A stretch of DNA of 56,332 nucleotides. Origin: an uncultured Lachnospiraceae bacterium (GTDB taxonomy: Bacteria; Bacillota; Clostridia; Lachnospirales; Lachnospiraceae). Position numbers and translations under genes: made by a program. Under the pieces are notes generated by a model. The model did not search any database. It was given only the letters and a program-made list of their open reading frames with translations, and had not been told where the DNA came from. Where the stretch lies: NCBI GenBank assembly GCA_947589455.1, contig CANQCD010000001.1, positions 1 to 56,332 of the forward strand, written 5' to 3'. Shown here piece after piece: positions 10,660 to 19,675 of this stretch. How positions within the stretch are numbered: the stretch's first letter is position 1; the number at the start of each line of letters is the position of its first letter.

Positions 10660-12105
10660 ATGAGTAAAAAGTTAAAAATAATTGTGAGGGAGCTTTCGGC
10701 AAATTCCCGGGATGCAAAAGATTTGCTGCCGGAATATGTAGAGAGGTATATGCAGCTGGGTCAGGAACATGCAATGCTCCATCTTATGATGGAATATTAT
10801 ATGTTTTATGAAACAGTGGAGGAAGAGGCGAATCCATATTTTGATACCGTAAGAGATACTGCGCAGAGTTTCCACGAGGAGATGGAGAAGTTTTTTAAAA
10901 ATAAAACAGATGAAAAAGCGCGCAGAGAGATTGCCGGCAGGCTGCTCGCCATCCGGGAGGATATTATTTCGCGCATGAAGGCGCTGACGGCATATATTGA
11001 CCGTTTCTCTGTGTATGAGTATGTATTGCAGAGAGTGCGGTACCGCTTTGAGGAACCGGGGAAAGTTCCCAGTGATGCGGAGTTTACAAAAAAGCTGATG
11101 GAGTTTATTTTTGGCAGCAGGGATAATATGGAAGTCAGTGAAAGGCTTCGCTGCGTGATGGGACAGCTCCCCATCCGCATCACGAGAAGCCGGTATTTTG
11201 ACTTGATCCGTGACTGCATCTCTCTTTATATTGGATCAGACAAGGGGGCGCTGGATGAGTTTCTCTATCTGTTCCGCACAAATGCAACATTTTTCAAACA
11301 GGAGATGATGGAAACCTGTTTTGGCGAGTTTGCGCCTGTCGTGGAGGAATTATCCAATCTGGATTATGAAAAGATGGACAGGGAGACTTATCAGAAATAT
11401 ATGGATCAGATTGCTGACAATGCGAGGAAGCTTGACAGCCTGGTGGATTTGTATATGCAGATGATACAATTGACAAACGGACTGTATATTGCCTGTGTGA
11501 CGGCCGGGTATGTCGCGGACAGCAGCCGGGTAGATGAGACGGAGCTGATGCTGCGGGGCGTTAATAGCCTGTTTTTAGACAGGGAGAGCGACGTCTGGAG
11601 CCTGAATGAGGGGAAACCTCTGGAGACAAAGGAAGAAAAGCTCGCATGGCTTACGCCGTTGTTTGAAAAGGTGGAGGGACGCCAGGAAAGCATCGCCGAG
11701 GAAATCGTCATGGCTGGCGCTGTCCTGGAGGAAACCATGGAGGTTCAAAAGGAAAATATCAAAGAATCTGGTCTGCAAGCGGAATTTATCGAGTTGAAAC
11801 GGATTTCCCGCCTGACTTCCAGCAGCCTTTTTGCAGAGTTGGAAGAGGAAGTGTTAAATGAGAATGTGACAGAGGAGATGGCAGATGAGATAGCGGCGCA
11901 GTTAATCGAGGAGTGCAGAGCGTTTTTTAAGGGAAGGAGCCGTATGCTGCGCAGGGCAGTTATGGCGAATACCATGCAGAGTATGCCGTTCTTTTTTAAA
12001 ACGTCGGAGGAAATTGCGGAGTATATCACAAACTCTCTGTCGCAATGTGAGGATGAGGCAGAGAAGAGCGCGGCGAAGCGCCTGTTATTGGATGATATGA
12101 TATAG
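10660..12105 (+). CDS. Hypothetical acidic, helical cytoplasmic protein (481 aa)
   Basis: Long ORF with upstream RBS-like sequence in an operon context; no recognised motif. Confidence 0.75.
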   Translation: MSKKLKIIVRELSANSRDAKDLLPEYVERYMQLGQEHAMLHLMMEYYMFYETVEEEANPYFDTVRDTAQSFHEEMEKFFKNKTDEKARREIAGRLLAIREDIISRMKALTAYIDRFSVYEYVLQRVRYRFEEPGKVPSDAEFTKKLMEFIFGSRDNMEVSERLRCVMGQLPIRITRSRYFDLIRDCISLYIGSDKGALDEFLYLFRTNATFFKQEMMETCFGEFAPVVEELSNLDYEKMDRETYQKYMDQIADNARKLDSLVDLYMQMIQLTNGLYIACVTAGYVADSSRVDETELMLRGVNSLFLDRESDVWSLNEGKPLETKEEKLAWLTPLFEKVEGRQESIAEEIVMAGAVLEETMEVQKENIKESGLQAEFIELKRISRLTSSSLFAELEEEVLNENVTEEMADEIAAQLIEECRAFFKGRSRMLRRAVMANTMQSMPFFFKTSEEIAEYITNSLSQCEDEAEKSAAKRLLLDDMI

Positions 12106-12148
12106 GCCTGGCGGCAGGCTTGCTGTCTTTGCAGTACAAAAGGAGGTT

Positions 12149-12484
12149 ATGCGGATGTTTCATTGGAATGCAGGGATCTATATGGATGACAGGGTGAAAA
12201 AAAAGCCGGTCAAATACCGCAGGATGGTGGAAAAACGGAAACTCGCCAGGGCGTGTTACTGTATTACCCTGCCGGTGAATGAGACAAACTGCATGGAGAT
12301 TTATTCTTCGAGGGAGCTGTGGTTCCGTTATTACCAAAACCGCGGGCTGGAGATCATCGGACTTGCTTCCGACGAGGAGGGGGCGCAGGAAATCCTGGAA
12401 AAGATCGCCTCTGATGTCTATCGGGAGTATGGACAGGTCAATGCAGGCTGTGTGAAAAAATATTTTCACAGGCAGGCACAGTAA
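12149..12484 (+). CDS. Hypothetical protein (111 aa)
   Basis: Strong RBS AGGAGG, operon context. Confidence 0.7.
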   Translation: MRMFHWNAGIYMDDRVKKKPVKYRRMVEKRKLARACYCITLPVNETNCMEIYSSRELWFRYYQNRGLEIIGLASDEEGAQEILEKIASDVYREYGQVNAGCVKKYFHRQAQ

Positions 12485-12711
12485 GCGGGCAGTGGAAGAT
12501 TGGCGCGAGGCTGGTATCAAGATTCGTTATTTTTGGCAGATGTGGTAAAAGGCGTCAGGCGAAAGAGGGCAGCGGGGCTGATATTAAGATTCGTTATTTT
12601 GACAGGCGCAGTAAGCGGGTGGTGGAAGATTGGCGCGAGGCTGGTATCAAGATTCGTTATTTTTGGCAGATGTGGTAAAAGGCGTCAGGCGAAAGAGGGC
12701 AGCGGGGCTGA
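12473..12711 (+). repeat. Tandem duplication with a 130-bp period that includes the upstream stop codon
   Basis: gtaagcggg...agcggggctga at 12481-12581 and 12611-12711 are nearly identical. Confidence 0.9.
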
Positions 12712-12748
12712 ACGTATTGCGGGAGCATGTATGTGAGGAGGTGGAAGC

Positions 12749-13906
12749 TTGGGAGTGGTGATTTCGGCAGCCGGTTGGCTGTTGTGGAAAATATTGCAGA
12801 TTTTTTTGCTGCTTTTGGGCGTCCTTGCTTTGCTTGCCGCGATCATCCTTCTGACGCCGGTGCGGTACTGTCTGACGGTAGAAGGGCAGGATAAGGAATG
12901 GACGGTACAGGCAAAAGCAACATGGTTTTTCCGGCTTCTTTCCTTTTCCTGGCATTATGGGAAGGAACAGAAAGGGCAGATTCGCTTCCGGCTGTTATGG
13001 TTTGATGTTATGCGGCTTTTAGAGAGGGAGAAAAAGCCGAGACGCCAGGATAAAAAGAAACGGTTTGGGACGTCTTCGGAAAAACAAGCCAAAATGCAGG
13101 GAACAGAGCCTGTGGAACCGGCGAAAGAAAGCGCAAGGATCCAGGAGGCGGAACAAGATGAGTTCGGAGAGCCGGAACGCGCTGAGTTTCGGGAGGCGGA
13201 ACAAGATGAGTTCGGAGAGCTGGAACGCGCCGAGTTTCAGGAGGCAGAACAGGAGGAGGCCGGAGAGCCGGAACGCGCCGAGTTTCGGGAGGCGGAACAG
13301 GATGAGTCCGGAGAGCCGGAACGCGCCGAGTTTCAGGAGGCAGAGCAGGATGAGCCCGGAGAGCTGGAACGCATCAGCTCTGTTAAAATCTTACATAAAG
13401 CGCAGAGGGCGGAGCGTGGCAGGGAGGAAAATATGATCCTGCGGGCTGTGCGCAAAATAAAACAGCGGATTGAAAAAATAGTTTCTTTTTTTCGGTCAAT
13501 CCGGGGGATTTTGGGAAAAGTGCGAAAAAAGGCAGACTGGGCGGGAGACGTAAAAACATTTTGGCGGGATGACAATACACGTCATATGGTTTGCATCCTG
13601 AAAGAGAATGTGTTACATTTATGGAGAAAATTAAAACCGAGAGTTGTCCGGGGAGACATCGTCTTTGGATTGGAGGATCCGGCGGCAACCGGGCAGGCAT
13701 TAGGAGCGGCTGCGATCCTGTTTGCGTGTTATGGCAGAGGGGTGCATGTGAGACCGGATTTTACGCGGAAGCGCCTGGAGGGAACGCTGCTGTTGAAGGG
13801 AAAGATTTCCCTGGCGACGTTTGTGTTGATCGTTTTCCGGGTGATCTTCCATCGTTCATGGAAACAATTTGCGCATGATATAAATCAGTTAAAGGAGGCT
13901 TTTTAA
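12749..13906 (+). CDS. DUF2953/YtfI-like sporulation membrane protein with an acidic repeat insert
   Basis: N-terminal TM helix; C-terminal FGLEDPAATGQALG...PDF..LEGTLLLKGKI; directly upstream of ytfJ. Confidence 0.75.
   Translation: MGVVISAAGWLLWKILQIFLLLLGVLALLAAIILLTPVRYCLTVEGQDKEWTVQAKATWFFRLLSFSWHYGKEQKGQIRFRLLWFDVMRLLEREKKPRRQDKKKRFGTSSEKQAKMQGTEPVEPAKESARIQEAEQDEFGEPERAEFREAEQDEFGELERAEFQEAEQEEAGEPERAEFREAEQDESGEPERAEFQEAEQDEPGELERISSVKILHKAQRAERGREENMILRAVRKIKQRIEKIVSFFRSIRGILGKVRKKADWAGDVKTFWRDDNTRHMVCILKENVLHLWRKLKPRVVRGDIVFGLEDPAATGQALGAAAILFACYGRGVHVRPDFTRKRLEGTLLLKGKISLATFVLIVFRVIFHRSWKQFAHDINQLKEAF
13142..13372 (+). repeat. In-frame 48-bp tandem repeat (~5 copies, QEAEQDEFGEPERAEF)
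   Basis: Direct reading. Confidence 0.9.
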
Positions 13907-14296
13907 ATGGGAGAAAATAATTTTAAAGGGACAGTGGAGTCATTATTCAAAGGGATGGAGGGTTTTATCACCAGCAAGACGGTTGTTGGCGACGCCGTGA
14001 AATTTGATGATGGAACGATCATACTCCCACTGGTAGACGTGAGTTTTGGCGTTGGCGCCGGCGCTTTTTCCGAGAATAATAAAAAGGACAATGGCGCCGG
14101 TGCGATGGGCGGTAAAATTCAGCCCAGCGCGATCCTGGTCATCAAGGATGGAGAAACAAAACTGGTCAATGTAAAGAATCAGGACGGCCTGACAAAAATT
14201 TTGGATATGGTGCCGGATTTTGTCAAAAAAGTAGCTCCGGGCAAGGAGAAGAAACAGTCCGGATCAGATGAAACGGTCGTGACCGAGGAAGAGTAA
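13907..14296 (+). CDS. ytfJ: Sporulation/germination protein GerW (YtfJ family)
   Basis: KTVVGDAV..IILPLVDVSFGVGAG..GAGAMGGKIQPSAILVI..ILDMVPD. Confidence 0.85.
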   Translation: MGENNFKGTVESLFKGMEGFITSKTVVGDAVKFDDGTIILPLVDVSFGVGAGAFSENNKKDNGAGAMGGKIQPSAILVIKDGETKLVNVKNQDGLTKILDMVPDFVKKVAPGKEKKQSGSDETVVTEEE

Positions 14297-14455
14297 TCCC
14301 GTGTTGGAATTGATTTTTGGCGGCAATGAAATAGAAGGATATTAAAGAATCGGGCAACCGATTCTTTTTTCTAGCTAATTATATGTTATTGATATGTGGA
14401 CTGCCCAATAAAGATTTAATGTCAAGTATTTTTTTGGGGGGGTGGGAAAAAACTC

Positions 14456-14484
14456 TTGCATTTTCGGCTGGATTTTGGTAATAT
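14456..14484 (+). promoter_or_regulatory. SigA promoter of rpmB
   Basis: TTGCAT-17-TAATAT. Confidence 0.65.
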
Positions 14485-14562
14485 GTTCATGTTGCGCTAA
14501 TGATACTGATTCAAATTTATAATAAATCAGGTGTACAGGAATCAACGAAGGAGGTGCTTACG

Positions 14563-14748
14563 ATGGCAAAATGTGCAATTTGTGGAAAAAGCGTTCACTT
14601 TGGCAATAAGGTGAGCCATTCACATAGAAGAAGCAATAAGATGTGGAAGCCAAATATTAAATCTGTAAGAGTGAAAGTAAATGGCGGGACAAAAAAGATG
14701 CCGGTATGTACAGGATGTTTACGTTCTGGAGCTGTAGAGCGTGCGTAA
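14563..14748 (+). CDS. rpmB: 50S ribosomal protein L28 (zinc-binding CxxC/CxxC form)
   Basis: MAKCAICGK..GNKVSHSHRRSNKMWKPNI..CTGCLRSG; RBS AAGGAGG. Confidence 0.97.
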   Translation: MAKCAICGKSVHFGNKVSHSHRRSNKMWKPNIKSVRVKVNGGTKKMPVCTGCLRSGAVERA

Positions 14749-14765
14749 GTGCCTGCACGGCAGAG

Positions 14766-14796
14766 AGAGAGACCGGGTTGCCGGTTTCTTTTTTTT
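14766..14796 (+). terminator. rpmB terminator
   Basis: agagaccgg-gttg-ccggtttct followed by a T tract. Confidence 0.75.
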
Positions 14797-14964
14797 GTGG
14801 GATAGGGAATTGTAAGCTCTCTAAAGAAGGGCTTTGAAATGTAGTGGAGTACAAGGGCAAAATGCCGGTTTCTTTTTTTGTGGGATAGAAAATTGTAAGC
14901 CCTCTAAAGAAGGGCTTTGAAATGCAGTGGTATACAAGGGCATCAGCGCAGGCGGCACCCTTTT
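14797..14964 (+). repeat. Dispersed repeat element, two copies (14797-14859 truncated, 14880-14964 complete)
   Basis: gtgggatag..aattgtaagc.ctctaaagaagggctttgaaatg.agtgg...acaagggca twice; the second ends catcagcgcaggcggcaccctttt. Confidence 0.85.
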
Positions 14965-14975
14965 GGTCAATGTTT

Positions 14976-15018
14976 TGCCAGGCTGACAGGCCTTTCGGAA
15001 AGCTCTGTCAGCCTGGCA
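14976..15018. terminator. Hairpin terminator between rpmB and the small antisense ORF
   Basis: tgccaggctgacag...ctgtcagcctggca, 14-bp stem. Confidence 0.75.
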
Positions 15019-15036
15019 GAGTTTTTCCGGCAGCGC

Positions 15037-15174
15037 TTAGCCGCAAAACAGATTGTATCCCAGTGTCAGACATGCCAGAATGACCAGCATTGCGAGAAAT
15101 CCGTTGCGCATAAAAAATGTGATTGCCATACCGATAGCAATCCAGAATAAAATAAAACCAACCATTCGTTTCAT
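15037..15174 (-). CDS. Small two-helix membrane protein (45 aa), absent from the ORF track
   Basis: RBS GAGGT, ATG, MKRMVGFILFWIAIGMAITFFMRNGFLAMLVILACLTLGYNLFCG*, followed by a hairpin. Confidence 0.7.
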   Translation of the reverse strand: MKRMVGFILFWIAIGMAITFFMRNGFLAMLVILACLTLGYNLFCG

Positions 15175-15323
15175 AGACAGACCTCTTTTCAAACAGGAGA
15201 TGTGTATTGTTTCTTTGATTCAGGTATAGTATACTATATGATAGATGTTGGGCAGAATTGAATTTTTTTGGGATTTGGATGAGGTCAGGGGGAGATAGGA
15301 ATGAGAGTAAAGGAGGAAGGTAT

Positions 15324-15686
15324 ATGAAAGGGAAGATGAGCACCGAGATGGGCAAAATTATCATAGACCGGGACGTACTGGCAAAATACGCTGGGACTGC
15401 CACAACAGACTGCATTGGCGTTGTAGGCATGACAGCCGGAAATATGAAAGATGGCATGGCGAAGCTTCTGAAAAAAGAGAATGCCGGCAGAGGCGTCAGC
15501 GTCTATGTCAATGATAACAGGATTAAGATCGAGCTGCATGTGATCGTGGCATATGGAGTCAGCATCCGTGCCGTTGCGCAGAATATTTTTGAGAGTGTCC
15601 GTTATAAGATCGAAGAATTTACAGGCCTTACGGTTGAGAAGATCAATATTATCGTAGAGGGTGTGCGGATTGTTGACGAGGAGTGA
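15324..15686 (+). CDS. yloU: Asp23/Gls24 family protein (YloU-like)
   Basis: GKIIID..VLAKYAG..GVVGM..IELHVIVAYGVSI..VEKINIIVEGVRI; adjacent to the DAK2 gene. Confidence 0.88.
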   Translation: MKGKMSTEMGKIIIDRDVLAKYAGTATTDCIGVVGMTAGNMKDGMAKLLKKENAGRGVSVYVNDNRIKIELHVIVAYGVSIRAVAQNIFESVRYKIEEFTGLTVEKINIIVEGVRIVDEE

Positions 15687-15730
15687 CATACTTTGGCAAA
15701 TAGTGCGAAAACAGGCAAGGAGGAAGTGTT

Positions 15731-17392
15731 TTGAGTATAGATAGAATGGATGCCGGGATGCTGCAGAAGATGTTTCTGGCAGGGGCGAAGGCGCTTGAGG
15801 CAAAAAAAGAATACATTAATGAATTAAATGTATTTCCGGTACCGGATGGGGATACGGGGACAAATATGACCATGACGATCATGGCGGCGGCTAGGGAAGT
15901 CAGTATGCTTGAAAATCCTTCTATGGATGAGCTTGGCAAAGCGATTTCCAGCGGCTCTCTCCGCGGGGCGAGAGGCAATTCCGGCGTGATCTTATCACAA
16001 ATCTTCCGCGGTTTTGTCAAGTCGATCAAGGGAAATGAAGAGATGGATCTGACAGTGCTCGGAAATGCTGTGATCCACGCATCTGAGACAGCTTACAAGG
16101 CAGTGATGAAGCCGAAAGAGGGGACGATTTTAACCGTGGCGAAAGCCGGGGCGGAAAAGGCAAGGGAGCTTCTGGTCGAAGGGACAATGACGGATATGGC
16201 AGTTTTTTGCGATGCAGTGTCTGAAAGCATGGAGGAAGCGCTTCTGCGCACGCCGGAGCTGCTTCCGGTCTTAAAACAGGCAGGTGTGGTAGATTCCGGC
16301 GGCGAGGGGCTTATGACCTTTATCCGCGGTGCATTGGATGCGCTGAATGGCAGGACTGCTGACTTTACGATCAAAGTAGGTGGGAATTATTCTACCATCG
16401 TAAAGGCGAGCACTGCGGGGGAAGCGGATATTAAATATGGTTACTGTACGGAATATATTATTATGATAGAGCGCAATGGGAATACGGCGGAGATGCAGTT
16501 AAAGGAATATCTGCAGAAAATAGGCGACTGCGTTGTTGTGGTATCAGACGACGATATTGTAAAGGTGCATGTGCACACAAACAATCCAGGGCTTGCCATC
16601 CAGAAGGCGTTGACCTATGGTTCGCTGACGAGTATCAAGATTGACAATATGCGGGAGGAGCATAACGAAAAAGTGATACGCGATGCGGCTAAAATAGCAG
16701 ATGAGGCGGGCAAGGAGCAGGAAGCGCCGCGCAAAAAGGCAGGGTTTATCGCAGTGTCTGCCGGAGAAGGCCTCTCTGAAATTTTCAGGGATTTAGGGGT
16801 TGACTGTGTGATCGAAGGCGGGCAGACGATGAATCCGAGCACGGAGGATATCTTAGAGGCAATCCGGCAGATCTCTGCCGAGACAGTCTATATCCTGCCT
16901 AATAATGGAAATATCATCCTTGCGGCAAATCAGGCAAAAGAGCTGACAGAGGATAAGGAGATCTGTGTGATCCCTTCTAAAAATATCCCGCAGGGAATCG
17001 CCGCAATGATTAATTATACCGAGGGGAAAACAAGCGAGGAAAACTGCAGGCAGATGGAGGAAGAGATGGAGTCTGTCAAATCGGGGCAGGTCACATATGC
17101 GGTGCGGGATACTAACATGGATGGGAAACAGATTAAAAAAGGCGATTTTATGGGACTAACAGATAAGAAGATCATTTCCGTCAGCGACAGCGCGCAGGGC
17201 GCGGCACTGGAATTGATAGACGATCTGATCGATGTGGATTCGGAGTTAGTCAGTCTGTATTACGGCGCAGATTTGAAAGAAGAAGAGGCAGAAGCGCTTG
17301 CCGATGAGATTCTTGGCAAATACGAAGAGATTGATGTGGAAGTGCAGTATGGCGGCCAGCCAGTCTATTCGTATTTTGTATCAGTGGAATAA
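15731..17392 (+). CDS. fakA: DAK2-domain fatty acid kinase subunit A (YloV/FakA)
   Basis: INELNVFPVPDGDTGTNM, GARGNSGVILSQ, YGYCTE, KVHVHTNNPG, GGQTMNPS, GGQPVY. Confidence 0.93.
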   Translation: MSIDRMDAGMLQKMFLAGAKALEAKKEYINELNVFPVPDGDTGTNMTMTIMAAAREVSMLENPSMDELGKAISSGSLRGARGNSGVILSQIFRGFVKSIKGNEEMDLTVLGNAVIHASETAYKAVMKPKEGTILTVAKAGAEKARELLVEGTMTDMAVFCDAVSESMEEALLRTPELLPVLKQAGVVDSGGEGLMTFIRGALDALNGRTADFTIKVGGNYSTIVKASTAGEADIKYGYCTEYIIMIERNGNTAEMQLKEYLQKIGDCVVVVSDDDIVKVHVHTNNPGLAIQKALTYGSLTSIKIDNMREEHNEKVIRDAAKIADEAGKEQEAPRKKAGFIAVSAGEGLSEIFRDLGVDCVIEGGQTMNPSTEDILEAIRQISAETVYILPNNGNIILAANQAKELTEDKEICVIPSKNIPQGIAAMINYTEGKTSEENCRQMEEEMESVKSGQVTYAVRDTNMDGKQIKKGDFMGLTDKKIISVSDSAQGAALELIDDLIDVDSELVSLYYGADLKEEEAEALADEILGKYEEIDVEVQYGGQPVYSYFVSVE

Positions 17393-17464
17393 TGTCCGGA
17401 TATTCCGATCTGTTGTGCAAGGTGCTGGAAGCATTGCTTCTGGCACCTGAATTATATTATAGAA

Positions 17465-19516
17465 ATGAGGACAAAAATGAACGCAAACGATAGTATCCGC
17501 CAGATAAAAGGGGTTGGTGAAAAAACGGAGAAGCTCTTTGCAAAATTAGGGATTGCAACTGCAGAGGAGCTTCTTGCTTTTTATCCAAGGGAATATGATA
17601 TTTTTTCGCCGATACAGCCAATTTCATCCGTGCGGGAAGGGGATTTTGTTATCATCGAGGGCAGCCTTGCCACAAAACCCCGCATGGCAAATGTCCGCAA
17701 TCTAAAGATTATTTCCTGTAAATTTCGCGACGGGACAGGTCAGATCACTGTCAGCTGGTTTAATATGCCGTATCTGCTGCGCTCATTAAAGCCGGGGACA
17801 CATTATCTGCTGCGCGGACGAGCTGTTATGAAAAACGGTATGCTCCAGATTTCCCAGCCGAAGCTTCTTGGGCGGGAGGAGTATGCTAATCTCCTGGGAA
17901 AATTGCAGCCAGTATACCATTTGACTGCAGGGCTGACGAACAATGCCGTCACAAAGGCGGTAGCGGCGGTTTTGAAAGAGTATGAGTTTGAGCCGGAGTT
18001 CCTTCCGGTGGAAATCCGGCGGAAATATCAGCTGGAATTACATAAAAAAGCTGTGAAGAACCTGCATTTTCCAGAGAGCAGGGAGGCATATGCAGAGGCG
18101 AGGAAACGCCTGGTGTTTGAAGAGTTTTTTTTATTTTCTCTGGCGCTTCATCTGATGAGGGAGGAGAAGCGCAAAAAACAGTCAGGATATATCCTGGAAT
18201 CCGGTAAAAAAACAGAGGAGTTCCTGGAAAGCCTTCCGTTTCAGCTGACGGAGGGGCAGAAGACGGCGTGGCGCGATGTAGAACAGGATCTGTCGTCCGG
18301 TTATGTCATGAACCGGCTGGTTCAGGGAGACGTAGGTTCCGGAAAAACGGTCATTGCGATGCTGGCATTATTATCAGCAGTGCAAAATGGGCATCAGGGG
18401 GCGGTCATGGTGCCGACGGAAGTTCTTGCAAGGCAGCACTATGAAGAGATGGCGCGTTATTTTGAACCGCTTGGGATTCGCGTGGCGCTTCTTGCCGGTT
18501 CCCTGACAAATTCAGCAAAAAAAGAGGTTGGCAGACGGATTTTAGAACATAAAGTAGATGTCATTGTCGGAACACATGCCCTGATACAGGAAAAAATAAC
18601 ATATGACGACTTGGCTTTGATTGTCACAGATGAGCAGCACCGTTTTGGAGTGAGGCAGAGAGAGACGTTTTTGGAAAAAGGCAAATCCCCGCACGTTCTG
18701 GTTATGAGCGCAACGCCAATCCCGCGGACATTAGCGCTGATCCTGTATGGGGATTTGGATATATCGGTGATCGACGTCCTCCCGGCAAACCGTCTTCCAA
18801 TCAAAAATTGTGCAGTCGGGACGAATTACAGGCCGCAGGCATACCGTTTTATGCAAAAGCAGATCGAGCAGGGGCATCAGGTCTACATTATCTGCCCGAT
18901 GGCGGATGAGAGCGAGAATATGGAAGCGGAGAATGTGATTGATTATACAAATACGCTAAAGTCGGTTTTGCCTGACACCGTTCGGATCGAATATCTGCAT
19001 GGGAAGATGAGGCCGGCGGCAAAAAATGAGATCATGGAGGATTTTTCGGCGGGAAAAGTTGATATCCTGGTCTCTACTACTGTGATCGAAGTCGGCATCA
19101 ATGTGCCGAATGCCACAGTGATGATGGTGGAAAACGCAGAGCGCTTTGGGCTGGCGCAGCTCCATCAGCTGCGGGGCCGCGTGGGGCGGGGCGATGCGCA
19201 GTCGTATTGCATTTTTATGGCGGGGAATCCGTCGGAGGAGACAATGGAGCGTCTGCGGATACTGGAAAATTCAAATGATGGTTTTTACGTGGCAAAGCAG
19301 GATTTAAAACTGCGCGGACCGGGGGATTTGTTTGGCATCCGCCAGAGCGGGGAACTCTTTTTTCAGCTGGCAGATATCTATCAGGACGCACAGCAGCTTC
19401 AACAGGCAAATGAGGCGGCGTCTGCTTTTACAAGGGAGGAGGTTTCCCTGTTCTGCAAAAAATACCGCGGACTGAGAGAAAGGCTGGAGAAATATACCGG
19501 CAGTCTCTCATTGTAG
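17465..19516 (+). CDS. recG: ATP-dependent DNA helicase RecG
   Basis: RLVQGDVGSGKT, DEQHRFGV, MSATPIPRTL, AERFGLAQLHQLRGRVGRG, DLKLRGPGD. Confidence 0.97.
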   Translation: MRTKMNANDSIRQIKGVGEKTEKLFAKLGIATAEELLAFYPREYDIFSPIQPISSVREGDFVIIEGSLATKPRMANVRNLKIISCKFRDGTGQITVSWFNMPYLLRSLKPGTHYLLRGRAVMKNGMLQISQPKLLGREEYANLLGKLQPVYHLTAGLTNNAVTKAVAAVLKEYEFEPEFLPVEIRRKYQLELHKKAVKNLHFPESREAYAEARKRLVFEEFFLFSLALHLMREEKRKKQSGYILESGKKTEEFLESLPFQLTEGQKTAWRDVEQDLSSGYVMNRLVQGDVGSGKTVIAMLALLSAVQNGHQGAVMVPTEVLARQHYEEMARYFEPLGIRVALLAGSLTNSAKKEVGRRILEHKVDVIVGTHALIQEKITYDDLALIVTDEQHRFGVRQRETFLEKGKSPHVLVMSATPIPRTLALILYGDLDISVIDVLPANRLPIKNCAVGTNYRPQAYRFMQKQIEQGHQVYIICPMADESENMEAENVIDYTNTLKSVLPDTVRIEYLHGKMRPAAKNEIMEDFSAGKVDILVSTTVIEVGINVPNATVMMVENAERFGLAQLHQLRGRVGRGDAQSYCIFMAGNPSEETMERLRILENSNDGFYVAKQDLKLRGPGDLFGIRQSGELFFQLADIYQDAQQLQQANEAASAFTREEVSLFCKKYRGLRERLEKYTGSLSL

Positions 19517-19584
19517 CAGCAAACGATGTATCGCTGTAGCAGTCAGTAAACGATGTGTCGCTGTAATGCCACTATAGCAGCAAA
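19512..19584 (+). repeat. Short tandem repeat overlapping the recG stop
   Basis: tagcagcaaacgatgtatcgctg / tagcagtcagtaaacgatgtgtcgctgta / tagcagcaaa. Confidence 0.6.
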
Positions 19585-19675
19585 TTATTCGTTGCTTTTT
19601 ACAGATAATCATTGTAAAATAAAAATAGTACGCATATTTGGAAATTGTGTCTTTTTTGGGAAAGGAGGTGTCCGG

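Noticed and set aside
12500-12736. 78-aa ORF across the 130-bp duplication
   Set aside because: Product of the duplicated intergenic DNA; TTG start with no good RBS
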